A stretch of 64,000 bases of DNA, taken from NCBI RefSeq assembly GCF_030144855.1, contig NC_082714.1, positions 94,116,001 through 94,180,000 of the forward strand, written 5' to 3'. Of this stretch, positions 24,699 to 36,419 are shown piece by piece (the stretch's first letter is position 1; each line of letters starts with the position of its first letter). This stretch comes from Hypanus sabinus. Lineage: Eukaryota. The notes under the pieces are model-generated. The model worked only from the letters and a program-made list of their open reading frames with translations. It ran no database searches and was not told the origin of the DNA. A program made the translations under genes and the position numbers.

Positions 24699-25380
24699 AT
24701 TAATGACATCCAAGTACAGCAATCTGTGAGGAATATAATATTGGCTTTTTCCAAGGAGTTTGAGGACGGGACGTTTTGTTTGGAAGACCATTGTTCAGTA
24801 CAGGAAACAGGTGTGTCCTCCGATCGCATTGCCCTAGGCTGATCATACTCTCTGGAGAGGAAGCTGACCCATAATGGCAGTCTTGGAAAGGGAAACCAAA
24901 CAAGTTCGGCGAACTGAAAGGTGAATACATTGAAAGACAAGATACCGATTCGACTACAAAAAGGATGCAAAATCTCTTTCTTCTGGATGGGCGATGTGAG
25001 AATAGGATGAACAACGATGACGTGACCCAATTCAGTCAGGGCATGTCAATTTTCTTTCCAAAGGCTCCGTGCATTTCTAGTCGCCGACCAGAGTCCAGGA
25101 TGGGATTGAAGGATGTTTGCGCACAACATGATTCAGCGCTGCGGATATCTGCTGGGCAGTGCTGGGGTTATGACCATTTCTGATTTTGGAGAACAACGAA
25201 ACAGGTGCGTGAGGTCCATGCGTGATCTTATATATTCCCCTGTGTGGTATTGTAACATTTATCGGGTTCCTGAGATTATGCTGCAGTTTGGTTCAGAGAT
25301 GGAGAGAGATACCGAGCCTATGAACACCCTCCGGGCTATTCTCAAACCCTTATATTCCTCAAATGAGTTTTCCGTTCCTT
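24699..25380 (+). pseudogene. NACHT-type NTPase pseudogene fragment (NLR-like)
   Basis: Branch CTAAC plus acceptor at 24698. Motifs in NACHT order across frameshifts: PRLIILSGE (broken Walker A, 24833), SWKGK, LFLLDG (Walker B, 24974-24991), FPKAPCISSRRP, AVLGL, LIYSPVWYC. Confidence 0.5.
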
Positions 25381-25409
25381 ATTCTGAAAGTTATTCAGTA
25401 CATTAACCC

Positions 25410-25412
<3 letters not shown>

Positions 25413-25470
<58 letters not shown>
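25413..25470. repeat. (AC)29 microsatellite followed by CT-rich low-complexity tract
   Basis: Read directly from the sequence. Confidence 0.95.
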
Positions 25471-25472
<2 letters not shown>

Positions 25473-26691
25473 TCTCCTAGCTACTCTCGTTCTCCCTTTC
25501 TCTTCCTCTGTCTCCCTCTCCTCTCTTTCCGTCTCTCTCCTCTGCCTGTCCCCATCTCTCACACACATTCTCTCCGTTCACATTCTTAGCTTATTCATTC
25601 TGTCTCACTTCCCAGTGTTTTTTCCTTTCATCCCATCTCGCTCTTCCTCCTCGCTCTCACCATCTCACCCTCTATCTCTTGTTTCCCATAGCTCAATCTA
25701 CCTCTCCTCTGCCCTCCTTTCATCGCTTGTCACAACAAAATTGTGCAAGTTTTTTTTTTAAGATTCAGTTTCAGAATGTGTCTCTTCCTTTACTGCAGTT
25801 TATCAGTTTGAGACAATTTTAAAAAGTTCTGTCGTATCTCATCAACGCCCCCACTAACCGGCACCTAGTGACCTCGGCACCTGCACCACTTCACAAACAG
25901 GACAGAAACAGCAGCAATTTGTGTAACTGTCGCTAAATAAAGGCTGTGCAATCCCCGACCCGGTCCCCATGTGGAAATGACGCGTTCTGCAGCTGCAGCA
26001 GTGCCAATCATAACACAAACAGTTCGACAATGTCCATTTATCCATCCCATCCTCGACTCTTGACCGCAACTAAAAAATATCACGGTGCCCTGGAAGAGAA
26101 GATTGAAAGCCCCTGACTGAATAAGGGAGTGGTTAACTGGACTGACCAGTGTCCTACGGTCAGGACGGGGTTGAGGGAAAATTACCTTATCCCAGGATAT
26201 GAACGACACGTATTCAAACTTTAATCACCATCTCCAATGATCCAATAAGAGGTGATCGATAGAACAAGACTTACACAACCCAAACTCCAGGATAACATTT
26301 CATAAATAAAAACAAGCCAAATGTGTCACAGTGGCGTTATTTGATAAAGTTTGATACCGTCTCACACAAGTCGAACGTTTAATTGGATGAAATTTCTTCT
26401 CATCTATCCATACAGTATCCAAGGATGATGGCAAAATGAAGGTTGCGTGGTGGTGAATTAAGTCATGCACAAGAGAAGAGAACTTTGATGTCCCACACGT
26501 TGCAGACTGTTAATAACATCCTTCATCAGAGTAAGGATCTGCAACAGAATCAGGTACAATATCACTGCCATATGTCGTGAAATTTGTTGTTTGTGCCCCA
26601 GAGAGCTGAGGACCCGATTAAAATAAACATGGACCATCAAAAAGTAATAGGGCACTACAACACCAAATCACACTTCTCGGTCCATCTAGCT

Positions 26692-28624
26692 GAGGGGTGT
26701 CAAACTCAAATACACAGTGGGCCAAAATTAAAAAATCGGTACAAGTCGAGGGCCGGACTGGTTCAGCGTTTATTGCAAAACTTATTGAAATGAATTTATT
26801 ACACATATTAACCTGGAACTAACAAAGCTTAGGTTATTGCCTACAAAAACAACATTGAATATTAAATAAATAAAAAATCAGTTGCATTTATTTCTTATGG
26901 CTTTATCTGCAGCTTTTCCGGAGTAATTTCTAATGAAAGCATTTTTCCACAGGCCAACACTCTGTGATTCACACTAGTCTAAGACAGATACTTGGCATCT
27001 CATCTTGGATGCAAGTTCATCAATGTTTGGAGTCAGGCTCTGAGCTGAGGAAATCCTCAGAATTGAGTGAAGGTGTTCATCAGAAAGACGACTCCTGTGT
27101 GATGTTTTGATTATCTTCATCAAAGAGAACAGTTGTTCACACAGATATGTGCTGCCAAACATAGAGAGCATTTGAGCAGCTTGGGTACGCAGCTGGGGCA
27201 TTGTGTCGGGAATGAAACGTAGAAACTGTGCAGCGCCCACCGAGTCATACTTTGCCTTGAGTGTGTCACTACATTGGAGTTCAATCAGCTCCATTTGTAT
27301 GTTGGTTGGTGCGCTTTCCACGTCAGCTGCAAATGGATTACTGAGCAGTTCAAACCTGTTTTTTTGGGCTTCAAAGTCGGCAAATCGCCGTGTGAAGTCG
27401 GCACCAAGTAAGCTAAGTTTTTCAGCAAACTTTGCACGTGGGAACACTGCGGTAGAAACCTGCTCTTTCATAGTGTGGCAACACGGAAAATGGCTCAAGT
27501 TTTCTTGCTGCATCTGCTTCTCCCACAGGCGCAGCTTGGTTTTAAAAGCCCTCACTGCAGCGTACATGTCTGTGATCACGCGACCCGCCCCTGAAGCTGC
27601 AGGTTGAGCGCATTGAGATGGCTCGTGATGTCACACAGAAACGCCATTTCACAAAGCAACTTTTTATCCCGGAGCTCTGTTGTGTCTTTCCCTTTGCTTT
27701 CCATGAACTGACAGATCTCCTCACGCAACTCGAAACATCTTTTCAGCACTTTTCCTTGGCTTAACCATCGCACCTCTGTGTGATAGGGCAAATCATTATA
27801 TTCTGAACCCAACTCCTCCAGAAACGACTTGAACTCGCGGTGATTTAAACCTTTGGCTCTTATGAAGTTAACTGCTCGTGTTATGGTGCTCATTATATGT
27901 TCCATTTTCAAGGCTTTGCCACACAACGATTCCTGGTGTATGATGCAGTGATAAGCTGTCATCTCACCTGCGCCGTTTTCCTCCCGCATCTTCTCCCGGA
28001 TTCTGCCCACCAACCCACTCTTTTGACTGCACAACGCGGGCTTCTGTTTCTTGTCCAGATGCTTGTATTTGTTGTGGTGTTTCGTTTCATAGTGTCGTCT
28101 TACGTTATATTCTTTCATTACAGCCACACCGTCTCCGCACACAAGACAAACAGGTTTGCCCTTTATATCTGCGAACATATACTCTGCCTCCCACCTGCCT
28201 TGAAAACACCTGTTTTCAAAGTCCACCTTTCGTTCAGCCATTTATGGGGTGAGGGATAGCTGAAAGTTGACCACACATGACTGGCGCCATAAGGATGCTG
28301 ATGAGAGAGTAAGGCAAGCGCGAGCAATGCACTGGCAGTGCATTGTGGGATTTGTAGTATTAGTGGTGCATGCAATATACCGGCGGGCCAGCTCTAATAG
28401 AGAAAAAAAATATTCATTAATGATATTCAGGAAATAAACCGAATAAGCACTAAAAACCCTGAAAACCTGGTATCTGAATAAACTCAGCATTAGCCATATC
28501 ATACGCCATAGGCGCTTCGATTACTGGGGCCAGCTTTAATAGTAATTAGATATTATCTCGCGGGCCAAAGATAATTCCACCGCGGGCCGGATTTGGCCCG
28601 CGGGCCTTGAGTTTGAGATATATG
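26692..28624 (-). mobile_element. hAT (Charlie/SPIN/GTF2IRD2-like) DNA transposon, 1933 bp, with 8-bp TSD
   Basis: Imperfect TIRs GAGGGGTGTCAAACTC and GAGTTTGAGATATATG. TSD ATCTAGCT at 26684-26691 and 28625-28632. Confidence 0.92.
26974..28241 (-). pseudogene. hAT transposase, internally deleted and frameshifted
   Basis: CLVC...HYETKH zinc finger, YHCIIHQ, VRWLS and FGSTYLCEQLFS. The core between DKKQK and PALCSQKSG is missing. 1-nt frameshift in a G run near 27590. Confidence 0.9.
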
Positions 28625-28689
28625 ATCTAGCTGATCCGAACTATTAATATGGTAAGTCCCGTAATTCTGCACCCGGATCATCGGTATTC

Positions 28690-30840
28690 ATACCCCTCCC
28701 TCCATCCAAATTTCTCTTAAATGTTGAAATTGACGCTCATCCATCATAACCGCTGGTAACTCTTTCTGTACTCTTCCCATCCTTTGAGTAACGAAGTTTC
28801 TCCCGATGTTTCCTTTAAACATTCCAGCTTTTAACTTTATACAATATCCTTTCCACTAAGTCTAGGCCTTTCAACATGCAAGAGGTTTCAATGAAATCCC
28901 GCGTCCCCCATCCTTCTGAATTCCAGCGAGTACAGGTCCAGAGCCATTAAATCTTCATCGTATGATGACCTTTTCATTCCTGGGATCATCATTGTGAACC
29001 TCCTCTGGATCCTCTGCAAGGCAGGCACATCTTTTCTAAGATAAAGGGCCCAGAATTGTTCGCAATACTCTAGTTGAGGCCTCACCAGTGCCTTATAAAG
29101 CCTGAGCATCACATCGTGCTTTTGTATTCTCGACCTCTTGAAACGTGGCATTTGCCTTCCTCATCACCGACACAGACTGAAATTAATCCTTTTGGATGTT
29201 CTGCACAAGGACTTCCAAGTCCGTCTGCATCTCAGATTCCTTGATTTTCTCCCCGTTTAGAAAATAAGCCGCACGTTTGTTTCTACAATTGACTCTGAAA
29301 TCTACCCAAACACTGAGGTCAGGCTAACTGCTCCATAATTTCCTTTCTGCTGCCTTCCTCCTTTCTTAAAGAGTGGAGTAAGATTTGAAATTTTACAGCC
29401 GTCTGGTACAATGCCAGAGTCCAAGTATTTTTAAAAGATCATATCTCATGCCACCACTGTCTCTAACGCTATCTCTTTCTGAGCACTAGGGTGCAATTCC
29501 TTTGGTCCGGGTAACCTATGTACATTTAGCTTTTTCTCTCTTCCTTCACACACTACAACATCACACACACTGCTGGCTTCTTCCACAGTGAAGTTTCTCC
29601 TGCCTCATTTTCTAGCAGTACTATATCCACTCTCATTTCTCTTTTATTTTTAACATACTTGAAAAAACTTTTATTATCCACTTTGATATTATTTTCCAGC
29701 TTGCTTTCATGTTTCATCTTTTCACACTAATGATTTTTAGCTGCTCTCTGTAGGTTTTTTTTAAACCTTACCAATCCTTTATCTTCCCACTCATTTTTAC
29801 ATTGCTGTATGCCCTTTCTTTTTTTTTACAATTGCTTTGACATTCTTTGTCAACCACGCTTGCACTACTTTATCATTTGAGTATTTCTTCATTTTTGGAA
29901 TACAAGTGTCCTGCATCATCTTCATTTCCACCAGAGACAGACATTATTGCTGCTCTACTGATATGCTTGCCAGCAGCTCCTTCCTGTTTACTTTGGTTAA
30001 CTCCTCTCCCATACCACTGTAGTTTCTCTTACTTCACTGAAATATTTCTACTTCAGATTTTACTTTTTTCAAGTTGAACATAACTATATTGTGATGACTG
30101 TTTCCTCAGGGTTATTTTACCTGAAGCTCCCTAATCGCCTGCGGTTAATTACATAAGACCCAAACCAGTATTGCTGAACGAAAAACTGCTCTAAAAAGCT
30201 AGCTCTTAGGCATTGAACAAACTCACTCTCTTGAGATCCATTATCAACCTGTTTTTCCCAATTGACCTGCATGTTATAATCTCCCACAACTAGTATAACC
30301 TTGCTTTTTCTATTTCCTGTTGTCAGGCGTGGCCCATCTCCCAACTTCTGTTGGGACGCTTGTATATCAGTGGCATCAATGTCCTTTTACTCTTGCAATT
30401 ACTTAACTCAATCCACAATGATTTAACAACTTCTGATCCTATGTTACATCTGATTTGATTCGTTCTTCACCAGCAGAGGCAAACCACCACCCTCTGCCTA
30501 CCTTCCTATCCATCCGATATACCATGTAACCGTGGACATTCAGCTCCCAAGTACAACCATCCTTCAGCCACGAATCACCGATGGCCACAAAATCAAATCG
30601 GCAAACTCTAATATTTCAACAAGATCATCCTACTTACTTCTTATTTTATGCGAATTTAGATGGATCTCCCTGAGTACCGCATTTGCTATCCTTTCTGATT
30701 CGGCATCCCTAATGATTTGATACTCAGCCTGCTGGCTCTCAACTAAGTCCCATCACCTACGTGCCATTCCTGACAATCTGACTGCACGCTATCTTTACTT
30801 TTCTTACCATCCATCCTTTCCCGAGGTCCCTTCACAGTGG
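28690..30840 (-). mobile_element. CR1 LINE fragments
   Basis: Minus strand reads DVMLRLYKALVRPQLEYCEQFW and VILVVGDYNMQVNW. Confidence 0.8.
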
Positions 30841-30842
30841 TT

Positions 30843-31128
30843 NNNNNNNNNNNNNNNNNNNNNNNNNNNNNNNNNNNNNNNNNNNNNNNNNNNNNNNNNN
30901 NNNNNNNNNNNNNNNNNNNNNNNNNNNNNNNNNNNNNNNNNNNNNNNNNNNNNNNNNNNNNNNNNNNNNNNNNNNNNNNNNNNNNNNNNNNNNNNNNNNN
31001 NNNNNNNNNNNNNNNNNNNNNNNNNNNNNNNNNNNNNNNNNNNNNNNNNNNNNNNNNNNNNNNNNNNNNNNNNNNNNNNNNNNNNNNNNNNNNNNNNNNN
31101 NNNNNNNNNNNNNNNNNNNNNNNNNNNN
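30843..31128. other. Assembly gap (286 N)
   Basis: Read directly from the sequence. Confidence 1.
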
Positions 31129-33049
31129 CTGGGAGGTAAAATTGCATCCGGGTGTCCAATCCAAGACTCCTTAATCTCCTGTCTTTTCCCCTCTCTATTG
31201 AGTTCCCTAAGTTCCCTATCACTACCGTTCCTTTCTTCCAGCTCCTTCCCTTCTGCACCATAAGCCCATGCTTAGTGCCCGTAACCCAGTCGCCGTGGCA
31301 TTCTGTCGGGTGGTCAACCTCCACAAAAGTATCCAAAGCGGTATGCTTGCTTTTGAGGGGAACAGCCACAAGTGTGCTCTGTCCTAACTGCCCATTTCCA
31401 TTTTTCCTGCAACTTCGCGGTGACTACTCCTTTGTAACTTTGATGAATTATACCCTCGCACTCCTCACATTAAGGAAGTGCGGGAAACAGGGATAGAAAA
31501 CGTGATCGGCAAATCTCTTGCTGATTTATTGGTAATGGTGTCATAACATACGCAACGAAACGACTGACAATTAGCGGACGCGGTGCATGTTGATTATCAG
31601 CAGGCCACCTGTGAAGTGATTCGCAAGATTTGCTGAAAAAAGAAATCCACCTTTTCCTGGTGTATATCCAATCACTTGGACAAGGGAACGAAGTGTAATA
31701 TTGCCATGTTTGTTGATTATCAGTGTTATCAGCACGCTGCAGAATGACTGAGTTGATGTTCACAGAGCAAAACGGTCAAGGATATACTTGCTTGTCTTTG
31801 CACAGTTTAACTTGTTTGTCACATTGGCTGATTGTTCGTCTTAGTTTTTAGCTTTTCATTGCTTCCATTGTATTCCTTTATATGTACTGTGAATGCCCGC
31901 AAGTCAATGAAACTCAGGGTTGTGTATGATGAGTTACTGCACTTTGATAGTAAATTTATTTTGAACTTTCAATTTTATAATCCTAAACCTGTGACCACGA
32001 TCTAATCAATAAGCCTCAATTTAATCAATCCAGTCGTTTCTGATCAGTGGTGCCTCCGGATGTTGATGGCGACTGAAGGTCATGGAACGTCAGGGGACGG
32101 TGGTCAGATCCATTCCTGTTGACAGAGGCCATTGCTGGAACTAATGTAGACAGTCTGATGTTTGCTGCTACCCGCCTTGTTTGACTATTTTCGGAGTCTA
32201 GTTCCATGCCTCAATATCTCACTGTCGGAAAAATTACATGAATGGGGTTTCAGATGAACGTTCTCGGACTTAAACTGCGACTGTATTTCTCCCAGCATAG
32301 ATGCTGCCAGACCCGTTCAGTCCTTTCAGCTTTTCTGAGTTTCTCCAGATTCCAGCATATGCAGCCGTGTGCATCACCGGGGCAATTATTACTAAACTTC
32401 CCTAATTCCCATCGAATGATACCCGGAAGATTTGCTGCCTGGAGGAGCGCTCCTGAAGCCCTCTGGCTGCGTTGATTGCGTTCCACTGCAACCCCTTTGC
32501 ACAACGACTGACCCCATTGTCGGACGTTAAATTAAATTCTTCCCGTGCCCGATTCTGAGACTGCAGAGAAAAAAAAAATCACTGGTCGGTTGGGAGTTAC
32601 GCATTTTAGCGACAAAATTTATTCCCTCATAAGCAAAGCAGCGACTTGTTTTCTGCAGGAATGACATATTTTCAAATAGGAACCGATGGATTGCCGTGGT
32701 TATTTTGGGATGGCATAGTGGTTTTATAGAAATTTGATGTGACCTTGAGAAGTTTTGTTCTCATTAGCTATTCTGAGCAGAAACGAGGTGCCGTGTGCTA
32801 GTACCATCCACACCGATTGTTCCGGAGGGAAGCAGCCGAAACAACGTCTAAAATAAGTTTAGCTGGAGTATTCTCCAAAGTTCTACGGGCCATAGTTCCA
32901 CAGTTCTAAGTTTATGTGATACAACTAAAGATGAAACAACCTTTAAGTTAGGGGTTAAGGTTTTCAAAATCAGCAAGGTGGCCATTCAAGGTTTCTGAAG
33001 GTAAGAAAGTCAATCTCCGCCTACATTCTATCTCTGGCGCCGCCGACTC

Positions 33050-33070
33050 ATTTACATCCCAATTAATAAA
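33050..33070 (+). promoter_or_regulatory. Degenerate Ig octamer (ATTTACAT) plus TAATAAA box, light-chain cluster A promoter
   Basis: One mismatch to ATTTGCAT. TATA-like box at 33064, about 105 nt before the leader ATG. Confidence 0.6.
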
Positions 33071-33174
33071 CGGATTCGGAGACTCTGAAACCGGAGCGGT
33101 TCCCGAAGTGTGCAGAACAGCGCATGGTTCGGTCGGATTGTTAGTGCGCTCGTTGTCTTATTGTGTCCGGGGGA

Positions 33175-33223
33175 ATGTCCCCAGCGCTGCATCTCTTTTG
33201 GGTTCTGCTGGTCCATATATCAG
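33175..33223 (+). pseudogene. Ig light chain type I cluster A: leader exon
   Basis: MSPALHLFWVLLVHIS + G|GTGAGA. Confidence 0.85.
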
Positions 33224-33330
33224 GTGAGAATCGGATTGGTTCACGCTCGGATTATCCGTTAAAATTGGGATTAATGTTGATTATTATTTCGCTCCAAGTA
33301 ACCCAGAGGTTTTATTGTGTTTTATTGCAA

Positions 33331-33582
33331 ATATCCACGCGGCCGTCGTGCTCACTCAGACCCCGATGTCCGAACCTGTTTCCGCGGGACAAACAGTAAG
33401 CATAGAGTGTCGGATACAGAACGGTAATGTTGGAAGTTACATGTACTGGTACCAACAGCGCCCCGGGGATAGACCAGAGTATGTGTTAGAACATTACCCA
33501 AACAATAATATGTACCGTGGGCCAAGGATCACAGACCGTTTTCAACCATCCAGAGACACCTCCAGCAACAGTCACATCCTGA
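33331..33582 (+). pseudogene. Ig light chain type I (sigma-cart/NS5-like) V, cluster A, truncated
   Basis: VVLTQTPMSEPVSAGQTVSIECRIQNGNVGSYMYWYQQRPG...TDRFQPSRDTSSNSHIL. Acceptor reads GCAA instead of GCAG (33329-33330). YYC, CDR3 and J are deleted. Confidence 0.9.
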
Positions 33583-34446
33583 GTACTAGGAAGCACAAAG
33601 ACTAAACACAGCTTAACGCAGAATAAAATTTAACTGCCAAAAAGAAAGTGTAGTGCAAGTAGATAAGTTGCAAGATCATAAGGAGGTAGTTGTGAGGTCA
33701 ATCGTCCATCTTATCGTACTAGAAAACCATTCAATAGCCTTATTACAGCCACCCCTCTGTAATGTCAAATTAAACCAATCCCTGCTGTCAATTCATACTC
33801 CATATCCCGCTATTCTCAGCACACTCACGTGTCCACCTAACAGCTTCTTAAACGTCGCTGTTGTATCTGCCTCCTCCAGCTCATGCACCCTCTACTCTGT
33901 TTGAAAGATAAAAATTCACCGAACCTCTCTTCTTGGCTTAAATTGCTGCCCAAGGGAAAAATCTTGACTGTCGATCCTATCGCTATCTCACATACTGTCT
34001 TGAATAATGTTCACACCTCATTCGGGGAAATGATGACAACCACAATCATAACATCTACCCTTCCCTCTTCATTCACCACATCTGAGAACATGTTTGTTGC
34101 CAATATTCCATAACTTTTTTTTTCTGGGAGCGATAAATCCTGGAACACATGGCAGGATGTTGATCACTTCAGGTTTACGCAATTCGCAGTTTTTGATTAA
34201 GAACCGTGTCATTATGATTGTAGAAAACACAGGAGAAAAACGTCAGACTTAAAGTAATGCACACTAGGGGAAGGTTCTGGACGGACAACAGGCTGGTCAC
34301 AATGTCGAGCGGCAGTAGGCCGGTTAGTGCTGGTTTGGAATGCAATCTGGTTCTGAACGAGTCGTTTCGCCTTTTCCCGCTTCTATCTTTGAACAGTCCA
34401 TTAAATAATATTGTTTCTATTCCCCTCCTTCTCCTCTCTCACACAG

Positions 34447-34785
34447 GTAGCGAATCCCGGCAGCTCTCAGTTCTCCTGCTCCCCCCACCCCGGCCCCTCT
34501 CCGGAGGAGACCTGCTCGGGTTCGACCACTCTCTCCTGTCTGGTGAGTGGTTTTAAGCCGGGCTTAGTAGCGCTGCGCTGGAGCGTGGGTGGATTCGAGA
34601 CGGAGAGCGGGGTGACGACAGGCACCGTGTCCCTGTACCCCGACCAGACCTACAGACTGAGCAGTTACCTGCGGGTACCCACAGCTGCCTGGAGCAAGGG
34701 TTCGAGCTATTCCTGCAGCGTGAGCCACAGCTCGCAGAGCTCGCCGTTGCGCAACACCATCTCTTCACCCGCCTGTGGGCAGTGA
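34447..34785 (+). pseudogene. Ig light chain type I C exon, cluster A, frameshifted
   Basis: TLSCLVSGFKPG...W...YRLSSYL...YSCSVSH...ACGQ*. A 10-nt insertion in the C-rich tract at 34482-34497 relative to cluster B shifts the frame. Confidence 0.92.
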
Positions 34786-35699
34786 GAGTGTGCCGGCTGG
34801 CAGCACACGCGGATTGTTTGCTCTTGTTTAATGCAGTGAAGCAATGATTGTGACTGTGCAGCAGCCCATTGAAATGTAATTGTGTAGTAATGTTCGTTGA
34901 TGGAAACAGGCAGAATGTTTACTGAATTCAGAACAGTTGGCAATAATAACCCATCTTTTGCGCCAGGTAATTTTGTGTAGAATTGTCGCCAATGTGCTGA
35001 GTCTGAACTACTGCTGTGTGTAGACTCAGGAGCGATCTCCTGCGCTGTGAATGGAATTTGTGTAACATAACTCTAAAAAGAAGAGGAAACAGCGGTAAAT
35101 TTATCGTGTCTCGTCTTTACTTGGCTGCTGGCAGAACGTTGTTCGGGGTGGGGACGGACTGGTTCTGTACAACGGGCCGTCTAGGAGCCTCAAACAGAAT
35201 TATAGTTAAATCGACTCCGACATCTTATTCCACTTTCTGCTCTTTGTGTCCTGAGCGTTCTTTGTTCGTCGGCACTCACACCCGCATTCTCCGGAACCTT
35301 CTATTCCTCGTTGTCCTGCACTTCTGCTCTTCATTTACAACCATCCCTGGGGGACGGAGATCAACATTTTCATTGCCTTTTGGACAACGTCTTACCACCG
35401 TTGGGCGTGTTACACAGTAGGGATGTTTCCCCATGATTTGAACATTGTCTCCGTCGATTCAGTTCGTCCCTGAAGGAAGGCCATCGGCCTCACGTTCCAC
35501 CTGCCACCACCGCCACCACCCGCCACACCCCCACCCACGCCCACACACTAGCTTCTGTAACACATAGTTGTTTGAAACAGTCTGTAATGGTGTTAACCTG
35601 TGCCTGGACTTCCACTAACCATTAATTACTATACTGATCACTCTATCTGTGGAGTATATAGAGCAACGTCCGTGACTTTAGAGAAAATAAATCCTGTCC

Positions 35700-36419
35700 T
35701 GTCATGGTCCGGTCTGTGAAATACGCGATCCGGTTCACGGTCCGTCCATGGATTCCATACTCCGGTTATTACATTTTTTCCCTTCTTCTGTTGGATAGTT
35801 TAACTGAGGCACCTGACTCTCGTTACGGTCTGGCTATAAGTGGCTCTGGTGTCCAGCAATTCCTTGCTCGACCGTCCTTGTCAGTAACCCCGTCAGAAAC
35901 CTCGTCAGTCACCCAGTCAGAAACCTCGTCAGTCACCCAGTCAGAAACCTCGTCTGTACCCACACCGAGAAGCTCGGCTCAGTGTTCCGTGTCCTGTGTC
36001 TAAGATGAGTCCCGGCGCTATGTCATGTGTCCAAAAGAGGAGACTCTGCTCAGTGTTCTGTGACCTGTGACTAAATAAAGTCTGTTTCAAGTTCAGAGTC
36101 CAAGTCCAGTCTCAGTCTAAGTCGAGTCCAGTAGCCGAGTCCCACTCTTGTCCAGGAACCGAGTACCTGCGCACTCCAGGAGCCGAGTCCCAGTCCAGTC
36201 CAGACCCGAGTTCCGAGTCATGACCTGAGATCCCTGTCCTGTTCAAGTTCCAGATCCAAGTCCTGTTTTTCCAATTAGTCACCCTTCTTCGACCTTTATG
36301 TTATCATTTTGTCCTCGCTTCTTGGCTTACCTAGCATTCCTAATAAACATATTCCAGTTCCTAGTACTTCAGTGTCTGTGTCTTGCGTTTGGGTCCGCTA
36401 CCATTGCCCCCTTGTAACG
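35700..36419 (+). mobile_element. Solo LTR related to the 14721 element
   Basis: Starts TGTCATGGTCCG. The 3' end ctagtacttcagtg...tgcgtttgggtcc matches the other LTR. Flanks tgtcc/tgttc look like a TSD. Contains a 24-bp tandem repeat at about 35893-35960. Confidence 0.75.

Larger units (their letters stand above)
30255..35565 (+). repeat. Light-chain cluster duplication unit A (paralog at about 47430-54030)
   Basis: Collinear similarity through shared CR1 fragments, promoter, leader, V, intron, C and 3' flank. Confidence 0.88.

Noticed and set aside
25865-26209. Minus-strand ORF with an AER motif and hydrophobic tail (GPCR-like?)
   Set aside because: Too short, no other conserved motifs, and no family I can recognise.
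26713-26719. CACAGTG heptamers (also 29584, 30833, 53240, 54102)
   Set aside because: No nonamer at 12 or 23 spacing and not adjacent to V or J ends; most lie inside repeats.
30743-31369. Long ORFs spanning the N run
   Set aside because: Artefacts of translating the gap.
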